A stretch of DNA of 63,349 nt, the filler included, from Ministeria vibrans ATCC 50519 (taxonomy: Eukaryota > Protista > Filasterea), in the NCBI GenBank assembly GCA_943704425.1. It is 5 parts of 5 records of this genome, joined end to end, with 100 filler letters (N's around TTAATTAATTAA, not from the genome) between each part and the next. Parts side by side here need not be neighbours in the genome. Positions count along the whole stretch, not along the records: positions 53,549 to 58,788 come from CALSCP010002728.1; positions 58,889 to 61,385 come from CALSCP010001487.1; positions 61,486 to 63,349 come from CALSCP010000354.1; 2 more parts are not named here. One strand, given 5' to 3'. The notes below the pieces were generated by a model. The model saw nothing but the letters and a program-made list of their open reading frames with translations. It was not told the origin of the DNA and did no database searches. Below are positions 55,796 to 63,349 of the stretch, in pieces (positions within the stretch are counted from its first letter, which is position 1; the number at the start of each line of letters is the position of its first letter). A program made the translations under genes and the position numbers.

Positions 55796-58640
55796 TCACC
55801 ACTCAGCGTGCTGCAGAAGTGCCACACTTGCTCCATCATCGTCCAGGCTCGTCTTGGAGCCAAGTATCGACGACGAACGGCGACGCATAACAGCAAACAC
55901 AGTGAAACAGATGATGGCAGCAACAACAATCACTGTCAGAGCAGACGCGGCCACACCAACCACAAAGTGGTCAGAACTCGCGCCGTGACTCTTAACAACA
56001 ACATTTCCTGCGCCCACAGGCGCGCCAGGCCGCACAAGCACTCCTGCCAGATGCGGCTCCTCCAGCTCCATCATGAGACTGTCCGACTCGACAAGCGTCG
56101 ACAGCCAGGGATAGGCGCTGTCCAGTGTCGCCGCTGTGCCATTCTGCGATCGAATAATCGCCAACAGTTGCTCGGCAAGACGAGTGCAGGTGCTCTGCTC
56201 TCGTCCATCCACTGCCACCGCCACACCACCCTCACCCGCCAAAAGCTGCAGTGACACAGCCGCAGTGCCATCTGACTCACGACGCACCACTGGCATCGAC
56301 ACACGCGCCGGGTCCACCCCAAGCACGCGCGCCACTTCGCCACGAATCGCCTTGGCCACGTGGCCTTCGCCGCCCTCGGGCACACTGCGTCGCATCACAA
56401 GACCCTTCACATGCACCAGTGCCGTCGTCAGATCCACGGGTTTGGTCACAAACTCCCACTCGACAAACTGCTCGGTGCTCATGGGATTGCCCACTGCGTC
56501 CTCCACCCCTTGCAGCTGCATCGTCACTCGCTTGCCAGCAACATCCTCCCACAGCACTCCGACTGCGTCCGCACCAAACTCAAACGAGAGTACACGTCCG
56601 TCACAGTTTACCTTGATTTGCTTCACACTCGACTTGAGCTGCAGTGTTGACAGCGGTGGAGTGATGCTCGACACAGTCGCCAGCACGCTGAATGTGTATG
56701 GCTGCGTGCACCGCAGTGGCTCGTCAAACGTCACTGAAATGTAGTCGCCGGGAGCGTACTCGCCATCGGCAGGCTCGGCAAACTTGCCAAACACCTCGGG
56801 CGCCTTGCGATCAAAGACACCAGGCAAAACCACCGAAAATTGTTCATTCATGCCCGGTGGAGGCGCATCCGTCGCCGCAGGCTTGCATTGCGTTCGTAGG
56901 CGCATGTCGTACTCTCCGTCCTGCAGCTTGGACACGTCCCAGTAGGCAGTCGCATAGCCCGACTCAGTCTCCACGTCGCCCAGAGACAATTCGTTGCCGG
57001 ACGCATCGCGACACAGCGACCACAGTGTCACGCCCTTGCGTCGGTACTGCACCTGCACCTTCTCGAGTCGCTCATCGTCTGTCCAACTGCCAATAATGTA
57101 CCCAGGATGGAACGCAAGCACGCGCACCTCATCCCTGTGCTCGCCCTGGAAGTCGCCCACTTCCTTGTTCGCAACGTCGACCGTGAAGCGCAAGTCGTCC
57201 TTGAGGTAACCCGCAAACGACACGGCCGGACACAGCTCCATAAAGGAGGTCTGCACCTCCAAGGTCGTCAACACAAACTCGTTCGGCTCGGGATTATACT
57301 CAAAACTTGCGTCCAGCTGGCTCTCCAAATGGAACTCCACCGGTTCGTACTCGTACTTGATGGGTCCACGACGCACCTCCATCACCACCGTCTTCGTGCC
57401 GGGCGACAAGTCAAAGCTGAGTGGGTGCGCAGCCAAGTTCGCGCCCTCCATCGTAATCTCAAGGCCGTCCACATTAGTGACCGTTTCCACCGACAGATCG
57501 ACGGTGAACGTCTCGCGGGTGGGCGAGTCGTTGGTCAGCGCCACCGTGTACACAGCGGTATCGGTGGGCATCAGCGGCGATAGCGGCCAGCTCATCAACT
57601 GCATGCGGTACTTCTCGCGTGCCTCCGTGTGCGGCTCATGCGGTCCGCGCGACTGCCCTCGCAGTGTCTGGTAGTACGCTGTGCCGTAGTGGGGGTCGCG
57701 GCACACAACAACAGAGAAGCTGTCGCCCACATCGGGATCGCCAAAGGTCGCCTCAACAGTCGCCGTTATCGTTTCCGTCGACATATCAATGGTGCCACTG
57801 TTCTCCACTGTCGACGAGCCCACCTCGACGCCAAAATCAACGTGAACGGGGCCAGGATGAATGAGAACATCGCCAGTTAACGAACCCCCTTCTTCGACAC
57901 TCAAGCCAGAATCGTAGGACCGTGTGTTCTCCTCCGTCGTCGCAACGGACACAGTGTAGGTGGAGCCGCCACCAGTAAAGATAATCGTTCCGTCATACTT
58001 GCCCGGCGACATACCATCAGGTTCACCAGACAAACTGCCACCAATCGAATGTGCCTGGCCGCGCAACTCGGATGGAGCCAGTGAGGCGAGTCCCTCTGTG
58101 TACGTTTGCAGCTTGTCGTCTGTCACTTGCTTGATGGTTGTCGCCGTGCTCAAGGGTTCGCATTGTGTCAACGCATTGTCACGGAGATCGTTGGAGCGCT
58201 TGATGATCTTGTTCCAGTTTGCAATGGCCTTGCCCGTCTCTTGCACATCCTTGGCGCGGTCTTCGCCCTCAAGTACAGCCTTGATTGCCGACGCTTTGAG
58301 AGTCTCAAGCACGGGTACCAGCCGCGAGGTGATGTCGTAGCCACTCACCCACGCCATAGCAAGGTTCTCGTCCTTGCTGCGCGACGCAGACACATCAAAT
58401 GTGATCAGAGAATGCTTCGTTGCACGACACGTCTCCTCGTTAAACACAATTAGCTCGGCCTCGCTGTACTTGAGATCCAGAGAAGGCACCAGGTATCGGT
58501 CGCTAGGGGAGCCAGCTGACGCGGGATCGTCGCTGGTCGTCATGGAGAAGGTGAACTCGAGGGCACTTGAGTCATCTCCTTCGCCAGGTGTATCTTCCCA
58601 CCACGTATGCGAGCCACCAGCAGTAAAGCCTACCAATCCA
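55796..58640 (-). CDS. Large type-I membrane surface protein, C-terminal part with bacterial Ig-like/Bacteroidetes-type beta domains; 5' end truncated by the gap
   Basis: Uninterrupted exon of ~2.8 kb; motifs TTSDDP, FGDPDVGDSFSV..CRDPHYGT.YYQT.RGQS.GPHE, LQDGEYDMR, GDYISVTFDEPL, GVEDAVGNPM; TM helix followed by RRR. Confidence 0.75.
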
Positions 58641-58681
58641 CTTTGTTCTAGAAAGGGAACAAGAAAAATTGAACAAAACAA

Positions 58682-58788
<107 letters not shown>

Positions 58789-58888
58789 NNNNNNNNNNNN
58801 NNNNNNNNNNNNNNNNNNNNNNNNNNNNNNNNTTAATTAATTAANNNNNNNNNNNNNNNNNNNNNNNNNNNNNNNNNNNNNNNNNNNN
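58789..58888. other. Artificial assembly linker
   Basis: N44-TTAATTAATTAA-N44. Confidence 0.95.
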
Positions 58889-58941
<53 letters not shown>

Positions 58942-59105
58942 GAGAGGGACAAAGTGATAGAGAGAGACGGACAAAGTGATAGAGAGAGAGGGACAAAGTG
59001 ATAGAGAGAAAGGGAGAAAGAACAAAGTGGGAGAAAGAACAAAGTGATAGAGTGAGTGTTGACTTGTGTTGTGTTTTGATGTGAGTGCGCTGAGTGTTTC
59101 CTTAC

Positions 59106-59460
59106 CAGCTCTGGCAGGTGACAAATCCGTCCGTCATGTCGGCGTAGCGTCGGTCGTACTTGATGTACGTGTCATACGGTCCAAACAACCAGAAGAGGTC
59201 ACCTCCTAAATGCGAAAAAAAAATCCTTCATTTTCCCTTTTTCTCTGTTTTACACTGTACCTTTCATGGAGCGAGGACGCAGCAGGACAAATGAAGCATC
59301 CCATAGACACACCTACATCGAACGGGTGAGAGGGAAACAGAAGCGTGGGCCAAACGGGAAAATGGGGAGAGAGTGTTATTATATTAGTTATTATTATTAT
59401 TACCAAGAAAGTCACAACGGACCACACGACGATCCAAGTTGAAAGAGAGCGGCTCGCCAT
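59106..59460 (-). CDS. 5' exons of an unidentified, probably secreted protein (truncated by the gap)
   Basis: MASRSLSTWIVVWSVVTFL signal-like exon plus short exons (GDLFWLFGPYDTYIKYDRRYADMTDGFVTCQSW) with GT-AG boundaries. Confidence 0.45.
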
Positions 59461-59905
59461 CCTAATCAGTTAGCAAGACGACAAAAACAAATAAATTTAT
59501 AAAAATACATACAAACAAATTCAAATTCTCAGGCAAAAGATGACTGTAACCAGCAACATATGAGTGCTATCAGCTATGACTTATTGACGTTAATGACTAT
59601 GGTCTATGTGTCGTGACGCCAATCGTAATAATCATTGTGTGATTCGATTTGTATTCTCTCTCTCTTTCAGACAATCGCTTTTATTTTTGGACTGGGAATA
59701 TGATACGAACTGTAGCGGACAGCGCAGGCGACTGAAATCACTGATACATACACACAGGCGGGCTGGGCGGGCCGGTGGGCGCTCATTCGCAACTACCTTC
59801 GTGTGTGGAGACAAAACAAAACGAACTTGAAAAGCAAAGCGTCTCATATCAGAATACAGTGGCATGATAATACAGGGTTCATATGCACGAGAGGGTGGGG
59901 AATGG

Positions 59906-60142
59906 CTACAAGTCGGAGTCATGCAGCGACGGGCTGGAGTCGAGGCGAGAAGTGAGTTTGAGCGGATCGTACGCCCGCCGCGCTTGCAGGCGGTCCAGCA
60001 GGCTCAGAACGACCACGACGACGCCGCCAATGGCGAGGATGGTGCTGAGGACGGCGGCGACGACCAGACCCGACGAATCGGCGTCCAGTGCGTCCGACGG
60101 AATCACCACCACTTGGGGTGTGGGCTGCGACAGGTCAGCCAT
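59906..60142 (-). CDS. Small single-pass membrane protein (orphan)
   Basis: MADLSQPTPQVVV...GLVVAAVLSTILAIGGVVVVVLSLL; a GC-rich island between AT-rich spacers. Confidence 0.5.
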   Translation of the reverse strand: MADLSQPTPQVVVIPSDALDADSSGLVVAAVLSTILAIGGVVVVVLSLLDRLQARRAYDPLKLTSRLDSSPSLHDSDL

Positions 60143-60437
60143 CGGGGGGAGACGGGAAGAGGCCGGGTCGACGGAGGAGCGTGACTGAAGCAATACTGCA
60201 ATGGAGTCAGAAGTAAACAAAAAAACTGTAAAATTATTAATTAATTTCAAGTTAAGATCCATTTGAAAGGAGCTGAACTGCAGAAGTCAGCCAAGTGTGT
60301 GTGAAGGCAGCTAAGCGTGTAAACAAACAAAACGAACGATTGGCATCTTAACTAATGATCATATTCCTTAACTAATGATCATATTCAAAAATCACAAAAA
60401 ACACAAAATGAAACAAAAAAGGGCTGAGTGTGCATTA

Positions 60438-61297
60438 TTATTTGGGGCTGATCGCCTTGAGGCCAATCGCAGCCTAAAAACAGAACAAACAAACGACAAT
60501 AGTTAAGAGGGTGTTTCTGTTTCTCTCTCGGGCAAAATGCAAAATAGTCTGACCTCCTCTCCCATCGCACTGATGACAGTGACCTGGAACTCCTCTCCAG
60601 CTTCGAACTTCTCCTACAAAAGCAAAAGAAAAAAAATACAGTAAGAGACAAGACAGACAGACAAAGAGGAGGAAGAGAGACGAAGAAAGAAAGAAAGTGA
60701 TAAAGAGAAAGACAAGAGCAAATTTGGGTGTTCTTTATATTGTCGTACCGTGATTTCCTTGCCCAGGTCGTTGTCGGGAACCTTAAGGTCCTCCTTGAGG
60801 TCACCCGATTCGCACAGCAGAGACATGAAGTCATCGTCAATGTTGATGAGCTGAATGAAACGCATCACAGGTCAGTTTGAGACTATCTTGATCTCTTTTC
60901 TCGATTACCGGGTAGTCGACACGGGTCACGTTGGGAACGTCCATGTTGTGTGTAGAGGGCCTGTGGGTGCAGATGGGCATGAGGGGGGGTGTGCAGGTGT
61001 GGTTGTTTTTGTGTGGACACGTACGAGAGATCTTCGAGCTTCTTGCCAGTGAAAATGTCAATGGCGATCAGATGCACCTTGGCGTGTCCGTGCTTGCCGG
61101 TCTTCGACGTGGACATGTCGACGATCTTGCAGGGGCGGCCCTTGATGCACACGTGGCCGTTCTTGCGCAGAGCAGAGCACTAGAGCGCCACAAAGAAGTC
61201 AGAAAAAAAGAAAAAGAAAGCGTTTTTTTTTCTTCACCTGCATAGGGTAGGTCTTCGACGAGCCAGCGTCGGCGGCGTTCGAGAAGTCGTCATCCAT
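60438..61297 (-). CDS. EIF5A: Eukaryotic translation initiation factor 5A
   Basis: TYPMQ|CSALRKNG, hypusination site [27 protein letters not shown]. Confidence 0.98.
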
Positions 61298-61385
61298 GGT
61301 GTATTCTGGCCGGGAGGGGTGGAGAATGGGCAGCGTGGCCGTTAGCAACGTGGTTGGCAGGAAGAAGAAGTGAACAGAAAAAAAA

Positions 61386-61485
61386 NNNNNNNNNNNNNNN
61401 NNNNNNNNNNNNNNNNNNNNNNNNNNNNNTTAATTAATTAANNNNNNNNNNNNNNNNNNNNNNNNNNNNNNNNNNNNNNNNNNNN
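61386..61485. other. Artificial assembly linker
   Basis: N44-TTAATTAATTAA-N44. Confidence 0.95.
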
Positions 61486-61541
<56 letters not shown>

Positions 61542-61573
61542 AGTGAGATACAGAAAATAAAGGCGAGACAGTC

Positions 61574-63288
61574 GTACGATGCACTGGTCTTGGGAGCAGC
61601 GACTTTTTTCAACTCAGGCGTAGAGACAGGTGCAGGAGGGGAAGTTGGAGCGGGCTCTGCTTTGGCAATCGCAGGTCCCTCTGTCTGCGCGACTGGCTTC
61701 TCTTCCTGTTGTTGTTTTCCTTTTCCTTCCTGCTTCGCCTCTTCTTCTTCTTCTTCTTCGTCGTCGTCCAGGCCCGAAAAAACAGCCGACGACGAGGCAA
61801 AGACGGGTTCCTCGTGCTTGGGCAGAACGACGGCCTCCGCTTTGGCAGGTTCCTTCGTCTCCACCTCTACCTCCTTTGCTGTCGTCGGTGACGTCTGCGC
61901 TACTTCAGAGGCCTTCTTCTCGGCAGCGCGCTGCGATAACTTGGACATTTTCTTGATGGGTGACGGACCAGCACCACTCACACTCGCATTGCCACTCTTG
62001 CTCGCCCCACCACCACCACTACCACCGCTGCCACCGCTCTTGCCCTGCTGTCCTCGCTTGCGCGGATCCAACGACACCTTGGCGACAACTCCATCGCCAC
62101 CGGCCAGCCAGTCGGCGCCGCTGAGAGCCGCCTCACCACCATTGGTGTCGGGGAACAGATCATCGTGGAAGTCAAGCATTGACTTGCGTGGCACATCCCA
62201 CGACACTGGCACAATGTTCTGGCGCGTCAGTTTGAGCAGACGCACGACTTCGCAGTTCATCACGTCCATTTTGCGCTTCGGTACGCGACACAGTCCCGTC
62301 TGTGGTGTGTCTCCAACGTGACTGGCCCCTAAAGTACACAGACGCAGCCAATGGGTCAGCACTCTTTTGCACATCATCATCATCATCACACTATCTCCCT
62401 CTATCTCTGTACCGTCAAAGAAGAACGGTTTTTCGGGTGCGTATTCAAGGTAGCGGATAGTCGAGTCGCCCTTGCCACCAATGAAGAGCATGTTGGTGTC
62501 GCGGTCAAACACGGGAATAAGACAGCCGGTGCTGCTGTCAAGCTGCACTGAGTGCAGTGGCTTGTCGAGTGAGCGCGCGTCCCACAGCGCGTACTCTCGC
62601 TCGCGCATGCGACCAAACCCAGTCGTCACAAACGACCCATGGTCCCCCAGCCACTGAACACGCGACGTCTTGGTGCCCTTGTGGCTCTCGGCCGTCGCTG
62701 CGAGTGCGTTGGAGCGCACGTCAAACAGGCGCACCTTCTTGTCCTTGCACGTCGTTACAAGTTCCCGTCCCGAGTTGCTCCAGTCCATGCAGAACACATT
62801 GTCACCGTGGTGACCCTCCAGACTCATCGAGACCGCACCTACTGACACGTCTGCCACATGAACCGATTTGCCCTCGGCGATGGCCAAAATCTACAAAGAG
62901 TGAGTTAGAGAGTTAGAGAGAGAGAATAAATAATAATAATAATAATAATAATTGAGAAGAACAACCCTGTCATCACAAACATCACTCTGTCTCACTCTCT
63001 CTCTCTCTTACGTGATCCGCTTGTGGGTGGAACTTAAGCCACTCAATACGCTTCGCAAAGGCATCAAAGGTCGCATGGGGTGCACTGAGCGAGTCGTCAA
63101 TGCCGCGGTCGGGGATGCGCCACAGCTTAACCGTCGTGTCGTTGGAGCCGCTGGCCAACAGTCCGTCGTGAAACGGCGAGAAGTCAAAGTCGCTGATGAA
63201 ATCCGTGTGGGCGCGGATCAGAGGCGCAACACGGCCCAGCTTGCTTGGCGTGTCGATCGGTAGAATCGCGATTGAGCCTGTGGGACCT
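61574..63288 (-). CDS. CORO7: Coronin-7 (POD-1)-like WD40 protein, N-terminal propeller and linker (partial)
   Basis: AHTDFISDFDFSPFHDGLLAS, TTGFGRMRERE, GKGDSTIRY, VPRKSMLDFHDDLFPDT, DWLAG...VSLDP. Confidence 0.85.
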
Positions 63289-63349
63289 GAGATAGAGAGA
63301 GAGAGAGAGACAGAGAGGAGACAAAAAAAAAAAAAAAAAGAAAAGAGGG

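Noticed and set aside
59106-59460. Treating these exons as the 5' end of the 55796-58640 surface protein
   Set aside because: They are separated by an artificial linker; continuity cannot be shown.
60347-60386. 20-bp direct repeat CTTAACTAATGATCATATTC x2 (also GAACTCT x3 at ~25838)
   Set aside because: Simple local duplications in 3'/intergenic DNA with no sign of an element.

Overview
Compact, intron-rich eukaryotic genomic DNA: GC-rich exons, short GT-AG introns full of (CT)n/(CA)n/(TA)n microsatellites, and short AT-rich intergenic spacers. The gene content suggests a flagellated unicellular holozoan such as a choanoflagellate; this is inferred, not established. About 30 protein-coding genes can be supported: an ankyrin protein, a centrosomin/CM1 protein, Zn-ADH, an EF-hand protein, PITPNM/RdgB, CEP57, a MOSMO-like tetraspan, a FYVE protein, REV7, a PRXL2 + bacterial-type DUF fusion, Rab20, a degenerate MOV10-like helicase, CCDC153/DRC12, a Pca1-like P1B-ATPase with Cys-rich tandem repeats, cytochrome b5, an MFF-like protein, MCM4, GH28, a PHKG-like kinase, an AlkB-like oxygenase, SLK/STK10, a TMEM9-like protein, SIRT4, a Bacteroidetes-type surface protein, eIF5A, coronin-7 and several orphans. 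Four 100-bp N-TTAATTAATTAA-N linkers are artificial contig joins, so adjacency across them is unreliable. The most interesting items are: (1) the spliced thioredoxin-fold/membrane hairpin/bacterial DUF6875-like fusion; (2) the Pca1-like metal pump with an expanded metallothionein-like repeat N-terminus; (3) a MOV10-like protein with substitutions in nearly every ATPase motif; (4) an intron-poor Bacteroidetes-like surface protein ending in a eukaryotic TM anchor; (5) a dispersed CTATCACTTTGTTT element tied to (CT)n tracts. All family assignments come from motif recognition by eye; no searches were run.
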